A DNA stretch of 64,000 bases from IMG/VR virus record IMGVR_UViG_3300023257_000007, positions 1 through 64,000 of that record; one strand, written 5' to 3'. A program made the position numbers and the translations under genes. Under the pieces are notes generated by a model. The model made no database searches. It was not told the origin of the DNA and was given only the letters and a program-made list of their open reading frames with translations. Positions 38,373 to 48,601 of this stretch are shown here, piece after piece; positions within the stretch are counted from its first letter, which is position 1; every line of letters begins with the position of its first letter.

Positions 38373-38925
38373 GACATCCTTGTCCTCTTAAATGAGCATC
38401 AGGTCTTTGTAAAAATACTCCATGATTAGGACATTTTATTTTTACTTTTGTTTTATTATTAAAATATTTAACTTCACTATAATTATACTTATTATTATGA
38501 ATTTTATTTGATCTTATTATAAATTCTTCCGTAGTTAATTTATATCTACCACCACATTTAGAACAACCATGTCCACTTAGATGATTTGAAGGTGTTTGCC
38601 AAAATTCACCATGTTTAAGACATATTATTCTCACTTTAGTTTTACTATTTACATAATTAACAAAACTATAATCATATTTATCATCATGAACTATATTTGA
38701 TTTATTAATAAATGATTCTGTATCATCTTTCATATTATTAGTTGCACAAACAGGACAACCTTGTCCTTCTAAATGTTTAGAAGGACTTTGCCAAAATTCA
38801 CCATGTTCAAAACATATTATTCTCACTTTAGTTTTACTATTTACATAATTAACAAAACTATAATCATATTTATCATCATGAACTATATTTGATTTATTAA
38901 TAAATTCAATTAATTTAATTTTCAT
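38359..38925 (-). CDS. Homing-endonuclease DNA-binding repeats without a nuclease domain
   Basis: Three KYDYS..NY...KV.I.C..HG.F.Q....HL.G.GCP.C repeats, then a stop. Confidence 0.7.
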   Translation of the reverse strand: MKIKLIEFINKSNIVHDDKYDYSFVNYVNSKTKVRIICFEHGEFWQSPSKHLEGQGCPVCATNNMKDDTESFINKSNIVHDDKYDYSFVNYVNSKTKVRIICLKHGEFWQTPSNHLSGHGCSKCGGRYKLTTEEFIIRSNKIHNNKYNYSEVKYFNNKTKVKIKCPNHGVFLQRPDAHLRGQGCPKCC

Positions 38926-39031
38926 AATCTTATATATCTATTGTATAGTGTCCTCCTAAACCAGTGAAGTATTGTATAATCAACACTTTTTCAATTTTTA
39001 TTATTAATATATAAAAAGAAAACATAAAATT

Positions 39032-40264
39032 ATGAAACAACAAAAAAATGTAAAAGGTATAATGTCATCAAACAGCTTGACTAATTATCCATACTATAGA
39101 ATAGATGGTGGGTCAATGAGTGGTGAAACATATCTTTTAACATATACACACGCAACAGGTTCTACAATAGGTAGTACTGCTATTGTATCTTATCCAACAG
39201 GGGTAACTTCAAGTGCAACTGTAGTAAATGATGGTGATACTGCAACAGTTACTACTGATACTTACTTATTAGTGAAATTAGTGCCTGGTCAAACAGCTAC
39301 GATCAACGGATATGTAGTTGCAAATATTGGTGGTGACTTCTATTTTAATGGAACAAAATATGATATCGGAGACACATTTGATTATGATGGATTAACATTC
39401 ACATTCATTGGATTTGGTAGCTTCTTATTAGGAGTTGTTGATACAGATTCTTCAGCAGTAACTAGCTTTACAATGGTACCTTCATCAGCTGCAACACATA
39501 CAGTAGGTGACTCTATAACATTAGTAATGTATGACCAAAATAGTGTTGATATAACAGGATTAATTGCACTTTCAGGTGATACAACAACATCAACTTATAC
39601 TGATTCTTGGACACCAACAACAGGTGAACTAGTATTATCCAATGTAACTGGTAATACTGTATCTATTTATTTCTATTATATAACAGATGCTACTATCAAT
39701 GATAAATACGTGATCAATTTTATTGATCCTGTAGTATCAAGTATGACACTTGTACCAACAAGTGGATCTTATGAATCAGGTACAACTGAAACACTAGTAT
39801 TTACAAATCAATCTGGTATTGATATAACTACAAATGTTTCTCTATCAAGTGATACATATTCTTCTGCATATGTAACTGACTTCTCAGCTTCAACAGGAGC
39901 TATTTATTTCGGAGACAAGTTCGGTATTGATGTACCATTAACATTCTATTACAATGGTGATGATTCATTAACTAGCACATTCACAGCAGGTATATCTGGA
40001 TTAACAAGTATTACAGTTACTCCGACTGGTGGAACTTCACATGTAACTGGAACAACGACAGTATTAGCATTCACCGACCAAAACGGTAACGCAGTAGATT
40101 CATTAGATATTACTTTATCTGGTGATACATCAGCATATGGTGTTTACGTACCTTCAACTAGTACAATTAGATACGATAAAGAAGGTGTGATGATAGACTT
40201 TGTATTCTACCACAACTCTGATGATACAATAACTAGTACATACACAGTAGATATCTTTTTTTAA
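39032..40264 (+). CDS. Thr/Ser-rich Ig-like repeat virion protein
   Basis: Three ~90-aa repeats (TSxTxxPxSG...DQNxxDIT...); composition typical of decoration/tail proteins. Confidence 0.55.
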   Translation: MKQQKNVKGIMSSNSLTNYPYYRIDGGSMSGETYLLTYTHATGSTIGSTAIVSYPTGVTSSATVVNDGDTATVTTDTYLLVKLVPGQTATINGYVVANIGGDFYFNGTKYDIGDTFDYDGLTFTFIGFGSFLLGVVDTDSSAVTSFTMVPSSAATHTVGDSITLVMYDQNSVDITGLIALSGDTTTSTYTDSWTPTTGELVLSNVTGNTVSIYFYYITDATINDKYVINFIDPVVSSMTLVPTSGSYESGTTETLVFTNQSGIDITTNVSLSSDTYSSAYVTDFSASTGAIYFGDKFGIDVPLTFYYNGDDSLTSTFTAGISGLTSITVTPTGGTSHVTGTTTVLAFTDQNGNAVDSLDITLSGDTSAYGVYVPSTSTIRYDKEGVMIDFVFYHNSDDTITSTYTVDIFF

Positions 40265-40322
40265 TACGGCTTCGCCTCCCTCAGTTATAACTAACAGTTA
40301 ATCACATTCTTTAATATTTTAG

Positions 40323-40350
40323 AAAATCCCATCAATTTGATGGGATTTTT
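40323..40350 (+). terminator. Intrinsic terminator
   Basis: AAAATCCCATCA-ATT-TGATGGGATTTT. Confidence 0.8.
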
Positions 40351-40364
40351 TAATATATACAATT

Positions 40365-40778
40365 ATGATAACAAAATTTAAAATATACGAAAAAGTGAAT
40401 TTAAAAGATATTGAAGTCAAAATCACGAATATTAATCAAAAACTAATAGATATTCTCATATCAGATTTATCATTAGTTGTGAAGAAAAAAAAGAAAAAAT
40501 CAATTAGACCAGAATCTATTACAGGGTACTTTAAAAAAGAAGAAGGTACTGGAAAAGATTTAAAAATAAAAACAAAATTAATAATATTAATGTCAAATAC
40601 TGATCTTATTGAAGCAACACATTCAATAGAAGGAAACGAAAATAATATTAATATTGAAGTAAATGAAGTTTCACATTATAATTTAAACAACCAAATATAC
40701 ACCGATGATATTCTTATAGAAAAAATATCAGAATATTATAAAGAACATTTAAAATTAAAGAATTGGAAATTAAAATGA
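40365..40778 (+). CDS. Hypothetical protein, CTS-like N-terminus
   Basis: MITKFKIYE. Confidence 0.65.
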   Translation: MITKFKIYEKVNLKDIEVKITNINQKLIDILISDLSLVVKKKKKKSIRPESITGYFKKEEGTGKDLKIKTKLIILMSNTDLIEATHSIEGNENNINIEVNEVSHYNLNNQIYTDDILIEKISEYYKEHLKLKNWKLK

Positions 40779-41182
40779 AATACTTAAAACAATACGAAAA
40801 AAACACAATTAAAAAAGTTTATACCAGTAAACTAGAAGATAAAGATATTTATATTTTTAATTATAATTCAGATTTAATAAATGGTATAACATGTGAACAG
40901 TGTTTTATAAAATGGTCTTCAGATATCATAGAAAATGATGAAGGAATAGAAAAAATTAATGTGAAAATAGAAAATGTTGAATTAAAATTAGATGTTGATA
41001 AATTTACACATTTAGATGTTGAAAACTTTGAAACCAAAAATGAAATAGAAAATCACATTATCACCAAAAAGAAAGAAATAAAATTTGAATTCGAATATGA
41101 AAATATGATTTCATTTCCTTTAAAACCAAAAGGATTAGAAATAGATTATAGAAATATGACTGTTTTAGTAGAATTTGATTAA
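40775..41182 (+). CDS. Hypothetical protein, CTS-like N-terminus
   Basis: MKYLKQYE from ATG 40775 (ATGA-type overlap). Confidence 0.65.
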   Translation: MKYLKQYEKNTIKKVYTSKLEDKDIYIFNYNSDLINGITCEQCFIKWSSDIIENDEGIEKINVKIENVELKLDVDKFTHLDVENFETKNEIENHIITKKKEIKFEFEYENMISFPLKPKGLEIDYRNMTVLVEFD

Positions 41183-41613
41183 CTAACCCAATCAGCAATC
41201 GAATGACTCATAGCACCCATTTCTAAACCAATCAAAGAAGTTATAATATAAAACTTAAATTGTATTATCAAAAATAATACAGGAATTTTAAAGAAAAATA
41301 CTATTAATATTGGTATAATCAATATCCATATTAATCTTATTAATGTACCAATTAAAAATCCATGTGTATATTTAGATCTATGTTTAAATATTCGTTGATA
41401 TGGTATCCAAATAAATCTTAAAAAGCCCCATCTTGTATAAGGTTTGCTATGTATATCTAAATCACCATTAAACATATAACCAGCAAAAAGATAAAATAAT
41501 AACCATATTATTGAATATATTATTGGTACAAACATTAAACTTGTACAAAAAATAATGATAGAGGTCATAAAAGTAATACTATCATGAGATTTTGAATTTG
41601 GCATCTTCTTCAT
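41179..41613 (-). CDS. Membrane metal-binding protein (DUF2227-like)
   Basis: SHD, DLDIHS, HRSKYTHG, SHSIAD with TM helices. Confidence 0.65.
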   Translation of the reverse strand: MKKMPNSKSHDSITFMTSIIIFCTSLMFVPIIYSIIWLLFYLFAGYMFNGDLDIHSKPYTRWGFLRFIWIPYQRIFKHRSKYTHGFLIGTLIRLIWILIIPILIVFFFKIPVLFLIIQFKFYIITSLIGLEMGAMSHSIADWVS

Positions 41614-41836
41614 TATTTAATTTTATATCAAATAAATCTCTAATAACAGGTTCTGTAATTAAAAGATATATTTTATTATAATTTAATGTACTTGGAAATC
41701 TTTCTTCAACTTTAAGAAGATTTTCTTCAGTTGCATTTGTAAAAAATTCACTTAAATCAAGTGTTGATAATGGAACATTATTCATTTCATTCATAAAATC
41801 TAATGTATCGAAATACTTTTCTCTTTCTATTTTCAT
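41582..41836 (-). CDS. Hypothetical protein
   Basis: Overlapping operon ORF. Confidence 0.55.
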   Translation of the reverse strand: MKIEREKYFDTLDFMNEMNNVPLSTLDLSEFFTNATEENLLKVEERFPSTLNYNKIYLLITEPVIRDLFDIKLNNEEDAKFKIS

Positions 41837-42087
41837 TTTGTATAATTTAATTTTTCAATTTTAATGACGTATATTTCTTCACCCAATTCTCTTTTTTCTC
41901 TTTCTTCAGCATTATTAATAGCAAATTTTAAAGTTTTTCCATCTTCAGATGATATTATTTGTGTAGGTTTTAACTTTTCATCTTTAAATATTTTTTGAAG
42001 TTTTTCTGTTATCTCATAATGAAAATCTTCAAATTCCTGCTCTATCACAGAAAAATCTTTTTCTCTAACATAATTAATTTTTTTCAT
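41833..42087 (-). CDS. Hypothetical protein
   Basis: Overlapping operon ORF. Confidence 0.55.
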   Translation of the reverse strand: MKKINYVREKDFSVIEQEFEDFHYEITEKLQKIFKDEKLKPTQIISSEDGKTLKFAINNAEEREKRELGEEIYVIKIEKLNYTK

Positions 42088-42105
42088 TCGTTTTTTCTTA
42101 TTTTT

Positions 42106-43161
42106 TTAAAATCCCCAATCATCAAAGTTTTCAAACTCATCTTTATTTTTTTGAATTGTCTGTTGTATTGAACCACTAAATAAACTATTTAATACCGATA
42201 ATCTTTTATTAATATCTGGTAAACCTACTGGTTCTAAAAACCTATTAGCAATTGCCAAAAATGTTTTTTCAAATTGAGTATCATAATCTATCAATACTCT
42301 TTCTTTTTCAGTTATTTCATACGGATGAAAACTTCTCATATAAGCAAACCTCTCTCCAAGAGTATGGTTACAAAAATACCATTTAACTCGACCACCTTTT
42401 AACAAATCATATTTAGTTTTAAACTCGCTATTTTTATTTAAAAGAAAATTATGTAAAGCGGCGGCTTTAACTGAAAAATGAGCACCTTTAACACAATTAA
42501 CACCAATTTGATCATCAACTACTTTATCTCTATAATTTGATAAAGAAGTCGTCATACTAATATCTTCAATATCAGAGGCTTTAAATTGATTTTTAAGATC
42601 TTTCATAATTTTTAAAACCTCACGTATATTTAACGTATCAGGATTTTTAAATAAATAATTAATAAATTCCCAAACACCACCTTTCTGCTTTTGACCTCTA
42701 ACAAATATTGGTGTTGAAGACCTTACAATATCTACACCTTTTGGAAAAAAATGTTCCATATCTTCATAAAAAATACCATCTTCCCAAACCACATTATTAA
42801 TATAATGTTTCTTTTCAAGATGCATGGCAGATTTATTAACAGTTTCTAATTCAAAATCATGAATATTTTTAACACCATACTTTTTAGCATATTGGTCTAA
42901 ATATTTAACAAATGTGTCTTTTACATACAATCTATCAAGGGTTAATATAAATTCAAGAGGATCACCTTCATAATCACAAGAGTCCATTATTGGTTGAAAC
43001 GACAAATATAAACTATTATGAACTAATAAATTATTAGCAATAAAGGTGTGAGTTTCATCATCAACTTCTATATCATAAACATATTCTTCTTCTCCAAAAT
43101 TACCTACACATTCAATTTCTGAAATTTCAACCAATTCATAATTATAACATATATTTTCCAT
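42106..43161 (-). CDS. B-family DNA polymerase C-terminal fragment with split-intein C-half (49 aa)
   Basis: YVYDIEV...FIANNLLVHN|SLY, then ELE...KKHY and KGVDIVRSS thumb motifs. Confidence 0.9.
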   Translation of the reverse strand: MENICYNYELVEISEIECVGNFGEEEYVYDIEVDDETHTFIANNLLVHNSLYLSFQPIMDSCDYEGDPLEFILTLDRLYVKDTFVKYLDQYAKKYGVKNIHDFELETVNKSAMHLEKKHYINNVVWEDGIFYEDMEHFFPKGVDIVRSSTPIFVRGQKQKGGVWEFINYLFKNPDTLNIREVLKIMKDLKNQFKASDIEDISMTTSLSNYRDKVVDDQIGVNCVKGAHFSVKAAALHNFLLNKNSEFKTKYDLLKGGRVKWYFCNHTLGERFAYMRSFHPYEITEKERVLIDYDTQFEKTFLAIANRFLEPVGLPDINKRLSVLNSLFSGSIQQTIQKNKDEFENFDDWGF

Positions 43162-44314
43162 ATATTTCTTTTATTAATTTTTTAATACTCGGCAAATCAC
43201 TTTCCCAAATAACAATGATATCTATATCATGATCCTTTTTTAGAAGTGATAATTTTTCTTCATCTTTTTTCCATATATCAGATGATAATTCATTACTAAA
43301 CGGATTAGGTTTATCATCATGTTTAAATTTTTTAGGATTAGCATGAAAAACATCACCATTATATTCTATACCTAAATTTAATTCTTTTATATAATAATCT
43401 ATAAAAACATATCGACCAGTAGATAACATCTTACCATATTCTTTATTATTACATTTTTCATAAAAATATGTTTTAAAATCTTTTGATATTTCTTTATCTA
43501 ATTTCCACAAATAATCCTGTGAAGATTTTGATGCTGGATAATTCCTTATCTTAGAATAAAATTGTTGTAATTTAATTAAAGCGTCATTTTTACCGTATAT
43601 TCTTATATAATTAGATAAATTGTGTGCTTTTTGTTTACACAATTCATCCCATTTTAATTTACCATGTTTTAACACATAATATTCTTTACTTTTTGTTTCA
43701 ATTTGTTTTTTAACATAATTTTCATATTTTATTTTACCGAATTTTTTGCCATGTTTTTTTATCAAATTTTCTAATGTAACAGATCTTGATTTATTATAAT
43801 TATCAAAATCATCTTTATTCCAACCATGTTTTTCTTTTTTATATTCAAATAAATTTGATTTTCGTTGTTTATCACAATAGATTTCCCATCTTTCAACTCC
43901 TTCATTTACACCATATTTTAAAATATAATTTTCCTTTGTTCTAACGTAGTTTAAATTCTTCCATATTTCAGATTCTTTTTCTGGTATATTAAATGCATAT
44001 GTTGTTATCTTATTTACCATGTTAAATATTCTAGCCCTATTCTTATTTTTATACTCAGGATATTTTTCTATCAAACAATCTTCACAAACACTTAAATTAT
44101 AAATTTTACCATTCACCGATTTAAATGTTTTATAAGATTTGCCTTTGTATCCAAATTTTCTTACAGTAAATACAGAATTATAATAAAATATTGGACCATT
44201 ACAAATTAAACACTTAACAGAATTTTTATCATAAAAATCTTGAATTTCCTCATAATCATCTTTATTGATATTAAATTTAAATTTTTGTAATTTATTTTTC
44301 ATATGGTGACACAT
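43142..44314 (-). CDS. Vsr-like homing endonuclease inside the fractured polymerase gene
   Basis: GIEYNGDVFHANP...IVIWESD; overlaps both pol fragments. Confidence 0.8.
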   Translation of the reverse strand: MCHHMKNKLQKFKFNINKDDYEEIQDFYDKNSVKCLICNGPIFYYNSVFTVRKFGYKGKSYKTFKSVNGKIYNLSVCEDCLIEKYPEYKNKNRARIFNMVNKITTYAFNIPEKESEIWKNLNYVRTKENYILKYGVNEGVERWEIYCDKQRKSNLFEYKKEKHGWNKDDFDNYNKSRSVTLENLIKKHGKKFGKIKYENYVKKQIETKSKEYYVLKHGKLKWDELCKQKAHNLSNYIRIYGKNDALIKLQQFYSKIRNYPASKSSQDYLWKLDKEISKDFKTYFYEKCNNKEYGKMLSTGRYVFIDYYIKELNLGIEYNGDVFHANPKKFKHDDKPNPFSNELSSDIWKKDEEKLSLLKKDHDIDIIVIWESDLPSIKKLIKEIYGKYML

Positions 44315-45305
44315 CTTTATCTCTATATATCCTTAAAATTTTATCAGTTATTTTCATTTCAGAAGGTTTTACTTCAAATTGTTCACCGTCTCTAAAAACT
44401 ATCATAGAATGATCATTTGTTACGAAAATTTCCTCACCTGTTTTTATTTTAATTTTCCATTTTTGTTTAATAACCTTATGTCTTATAACTCTTTTTACTG
44501 GTGCATAATATAGCTTTTTTTCAGAACACCAATTTAAGATTTTTTCACCAGTTTTAACACTCTCATGTCCCTTCAACGTACTCTCACCCACATTTAATGT
44601 ATTTTCGTTGTAAAATTCTTCTATTGTCTTTTCACCATTATTTGTGATAATTACACTATCCTTGTCAACCGAATCCGTATCACCATAAACACACAATTCA
44701 TCTTTATGAAATTTCGTACTATAAGTTTCTTTATCATCTTTTGTCATTTCTGTAAAACCTGGCATTTCTTCTCTTTCAGAAATCACAGAACCATCAATTT
44801 GTTCAACATTATCTACAAAATTATGAAGATGTCTCTTATATTTAATATTATAAATTTTATCTTCAATTTTAATAGAATCTTTGTGTTCTTCTAATTTATC
44901 AATATCAACATTCCATTCTATTAGTAAATCATGTAAAGTATTATTACCCCTTCCAATTATTCTATTTCTATTATTCATCATATACCAAACATCACTATCA
45001 TCAGTTACAATATACGTAAATTCTAATAACTTATGAACTTCAATATCATGATACCATTCTTCATAAAAATATTTTTCTATTTTATTTAACATAAATAAAA
45101 TTACATCTCTACCATGTGCTGTAATAGCATTTGCAATATCTTTATTAGATACTACAAATTTAGGGTGAGCAAAAGCACCATAAGTTCCGTTAATCACTAA
45201 TTTTAGTGCCAATTGCATTGCTTTATTGTAGTTATATTCTGATTCTACTTTTGCGATTTTCTTTTTAAGATTCTCGATTTTTTTCTTTTTCTCGGCGAAC
45301 GTCAT
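44292..45305 (-). CDS. B-family DNA polymerase middle fragment with split-intein N-half (126 aa)
   Basis: Motif B QLALKLVINGTYG; YGDTD|SVDKDS; TNDHS block B. No exonuclease domain or motif A. Confidence 0.9.
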   Translation of the reverse strand: MTFAEKKKKIENLKKKIAKVESEYNYNKAMQLALKLVINGTYGAFAHPKFVVSNKDIANAITAHGRDVILFMLNKIEKYFYEEWYHDIEVHKLLEFTYIVTDDSDVWYMMNNRNRIIGRGNNTLHDLLIEWNVDIDKLEEHKDSIKIEDKIYNIKYKRHLHNFVDNVEQIDGSVISEREEMPGFTEMTKDDKETYSTKFHKDELCVYGDTDSVDKDSVIITNNGEKTIEEFYNENTLNVGESTLKGHESVKTGEKILNWCSEKKLYYAPVKRVIRHKVIKQKWKIKIKTGEEIFVTNDHSMIVFRDGEQFEVKPSEMKITDKILRIYRDKDVSPYEK

Positions 45306-45341
45306 ATTATTAGATAATTTTTAATTTTAAAAATAAATACA

Positions 45342-46943
45342 TTAAAAGTTTAATGAATATTTTATATTACCACTGTTATATATTCTATAAATACCTCTTT
45401 CTAACATTATTTCGTGTTCACTTTTATTAGGATCATAACCTTCTCTAACTAAAACATCTTTTCTAAAATTATACCTATATAATCGTTTTAAATTTTTACC
45501 ATCAAAATAATGATAATTCGGTTTTGTGTTATGAACGAATTTAAATTCCAATTTTTCATATAGATTTCCTTTACTCCAGCTTCTATCAGCATAAGTAATT
45601 ATTTCACCCGGATTATAATTTCTGATAAAATATTTAAATAATTTTGATGCACCACCAACAACATTAATATTTAATTTGTTACAAAACCTTAACAATTCAT
45701 ACTCTCCTTCTATACTTTTAGACCCCATTAATTTTCTTTTTTTACCAAAGGTCATTAGAGATACTAATTCATCTTCATAATAAAGACCTATTTTAACAAA
45801 AGAACCAACAAAACCTTGAAGATGATTATCATTTAAAAAATTTCTAATCAATTTATTATCTATTATCTCTTTAATTATAGTTTTTCTAGCATATATTTTA
45901 TCAGACTTTCCAATCATATTTAATATTCTAGACTTGACAATTTCTTTTTGGTTAAACCATTCATCTTCCCAAATATGTATTAATTGAACACCTTTTTTTA
46001 AACAATTGTTTGTTTTATTTAAATGATAATCCTTATCCTTATAAAGTTCTGAATGCCAATACAAACCATTAAATTCAAAAGCTAGATTTAAATCTGGTAA
46101 ATAAATATCTAATTCTTTTCCATCCAAGATCTCTTTATCACTTGTTATTATTTCATAATTATAGTTTTCTTTAATAAAATTCACGATTTCTAATTCTTTA
46201 CCTGAAATCTTATAATCTAATGTATTACAAACTGTGCATAATATTGTTTTTTGTATTTTATATCTTTGATATAAATTTTTGCTATTAATATTAAAATAAT
46301 GATCTTTACCACAATCACATTTAACATCTATCGTTCGATCAGTATTTAAAATATAATCTGTTATATTATATTCCGATAATTTAAATAATATATCTTTTTC
46401 CCACCTTTTATATGTTAACAAATAATATGATTCTGTTTGTGTATACCATTCTTTTCCATATTTTTCAAGATTAGTTTTCTTTATTTTCTCTCTAATTTCA
46501 TATGAAGAAAGTATCTCTTCCACGCCATATTTTTCAAGATTTGTTTTTTTAATTTTTTCTTTGACATCTTTATCTAATAATGTACAAGTAACGCCATATT
46601 TCTTGAGGTTTGTTTGTTTTGTTTTATCTTTTATTTCTTTTATGTGTTGTGGATTTTCAACGCCATATTTTTCTAACATTGTATTTTTTCTTTTAATAGA
46701 AGAACATTTTTTACAACTATAAAAACCTTGTCTTTTTTTATTTTCTAAATATTTATGATATCTTAGTTGTTTTTCATCTGAACATATCTCACAAACAGCA
46801 ATTACTTTAACATGTGAATTTTGTGGCAAATCATTAACATCAATGTCCAATGTTTCACCATTATTACAAACATAATTTTTAGATCTATAATATGTTACAT
46901 TACGATATGTTATATTAACATCAATTCTACTATTTTTAATCAT
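45342..46943 (-). CDS. Hef-like free-standing homing endonuclease
   Basis: Fourth paralog; ELDIYLPDLNLAFEFNGLYWH. Confidence 0.8.
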   Translation of the reverse strand: MIKNSRIDVNITYRNVTYYRSKNYVCNNGETLDIDVNDLPQNSHVKVIAVCEICSDEKQLRYHKYLENKKRQGFYSCKKCSSIKRKNTMLEKYGVENPQHIKEIKDKTKQTNLKKYGVTCTLLDKDVKEKIKKTNLEKYGVEEILSSYEIREKIKKTNLEKYGKEWYTQTESYYLLTYKRWEKDILFKLSEYNITDYILNTDRTIDVKCDCGKDHYFNINSKNLYQRYKIQKTILCTVCNTLDYKISGKELEIVNFIKENYNYEIITSDKEILDGKELDIYLPDLNLAFEFNGLYWHSELYKDKDYHLNKTNNCLKKGVQLIHIWEDEWFNQKEIVKSRILNMIGKSDKIYARKTIIKEIIDNKLIRNFLNDNHLQGFVGSFVKIGLYYEDELVSLMTFGKKRKLMGSKSIEGEYELLRFCNKLNINVVGGASKLFKYFIRNYNPGEIITYADRSWSKGNLYEKLEFKFVHNTKPNYHYFDGKNLKRLYRYNFRKDVLVREGYDPNKSEHEIMLERGIYRIYNSGNIKYSLNF

Positions 46944-47047
46944 TTTACAAAAGTCCCATTTTTACCATTGCTTATTATATATTAAAAAACACAAGTGAAA
47001 AATAAATTTATATATATAATAATGAATAAAAATCATTTAGTTTAAAA

Positions 47048-47881
47048 ATGCCTTATAGAGACGAATTATCAGTTAAAAGAGAAATAGTTATGTCAATCAA
47101 TAATATGATTGATAAATATGTTAATCAAGGGATTAGTTTCACTGATCTTAGCAAACATTTAAGGAAAGATTCTGCTCTAACAAATTTAATGAATGATTTA
47201 AAAGGTAAAAACTCAAATTTAAGAAATCCTGGTATTGAATTCTTTAATTCTAATCTAGAATACAAAAATAAAGTTAGACAGTATCTGAACGAAGTTATTA
47301 AAGATAGAATAGCTTTTGAAAAAGATAAAAGCATTCAAAATTTTGAGTCTTTCACTAAAAATGAACCAAATGATATTATGAAACCTAAAAATTTTAAAGA
47401 TTATTTACATATAAATGAAATTAAACTTCCTGTAATGAGATTAGATGAAATACTTGATGATATTGGTAACGCAGGAAATACACATAAAAAAGTTATAGCA
47501 ACATTTTTCAAAACCTACGTTGACTATATAGATCTTGTTGATAACAAGAAACATCATTTTAAAATCAATGATATGTCAGGTGATATAATGGGTAATAATA
47601 GAGTGACATTTGATGCTATTATTTTTAAAAATAATGAAATACAATCAATAGAAAATAATATTATAAAATACGCTTTAGGTGAATTCTACTCACAAATTCC
47701 AGACACATTAAATATATTTGATATTCAATTAAAACCTATGTCTTTTATTAATAAAACTGATTTGATGGAAGTATTTAAAAATATGTTAACATTCGAACAA
47801 ACTATTAATATTATTACTAATATTACTGGTTTTAATTATGATGGTGAAATGGGTGATTTTTTTATTTGGAGTAAAAAATAA
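47048..47881 (+). CDS. Hypothetical protein
   Basis: Long ORF; internal KNFKDYLHINE. Confidence 0.7.
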   Translation: MPYRDELSVKREIVMSINNMIDKYVNQGISFTDLSKHLRKDSALTNLMNDLKGKNSNLRNPGIEFFNSNLEYKNKVRQYLNEVIKDRIAFEKDKSIQNFESFTKNEPNDIMKPKNFKDYLHINEIKLPVMRLDEILDDIGNAGNTHKKVIATFFKTYVDYIDLVDNKKHHFKINDMSGDIMGNNRVTFDAIIFKNNEIQSIENNIIKYALGEFYSQIPDTLNIFDIQLKPMSFINKTDLMEVFKNMLTFEQTINIITNITGFNYDGEMGDFFIWSKK

Positions 47882-47882
47882 A

Positions 47883-48158
47883 TTATAAAACAAACTCTTT
47901 CCAAATCTCTTCTCTTGGTGGTAACACAATTTTATCAATATGTGCAATTATATCTGGAAAATATTTATATTTATAAATATCAGTAATTTTATATTTTTCT
48001 AAAAAATCATCTTGAATAACAAATCTATAATCACCTTTTTTATTAAACCAATATATAATTTCATATAATTCGTTTCGTAAATTCAAAGATAATATAACTC
48101 CGACGCCATTTTCCATTGGGCCTATCCAATCTGTAACACTAAAAGAAATATTATTCAT
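47883..48158 (-). CDS. Hypothetical protein
   Basis: Probable start MNNISF at 48158. Confidence 0.6.
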   Translation of the reverse strand: MNNISFSVTDWIGPMENGVGVILSLNLRNELYEIIYWFNKKGDYRFVIQDDFLEKYKITDIYKYKYFPDIIAHIDKIVLPPREEIWKEFVL

Positions 48159-48214
48159 TATAGAATATCTTTTTTTAATATATATAGTTACATTATAAAT
48201 CAAAATGAAGAAAA

Positions 48215-48592
48215 ATGGCATATAAACCTGTACAAGATTTTAAAGATATCTATATTAGATATAAAGGACACCCAAGTTATAATTCAAAAAAAATTATACA
48301 AGATGACTTAGTTGAAGTTATAGTCCAAAAATTAGAAATGATTTTATTCACAAACAAAGGTGAAGTTATGGGAGATCCAGACATGGGTTGTGATCTTGAA
48401 TATTATTTATGGGAAACAAATCTATCAAACACAAATTTAGAACAAAAAGTTAATGAACAAATTGCAGAATATGTACCAGAATTAGAAGTTATAGGATATG
48501 AATTTAATTTAGAATTAGAAGAAGGTGCAGTGCAAGATATATTGTATCTAAATTTTAAAATAAGAGGTTATAATGTAACATATATAATATAA
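48215..48592 (+). CDS. Baseplate wedge protein (gp25-like)
   Basis: LEMILFTNKGEVMGDPDMGCDLEYYLWE. Confidence 0.75.
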   Translation: MAYKPVQDFKDIYIRYKGHPSYNSKKIIQDDLVEVIVQKLEMILFTNKGEVMGDPDMGCDLEYYLWETNLSNTNLEQKVNEQIAEYVPELEVIGYEFNLELEEGAVQDILYLNFKIRGYNVTYII

Positions 48593-48601
48593 TAAAATTT
48601 T

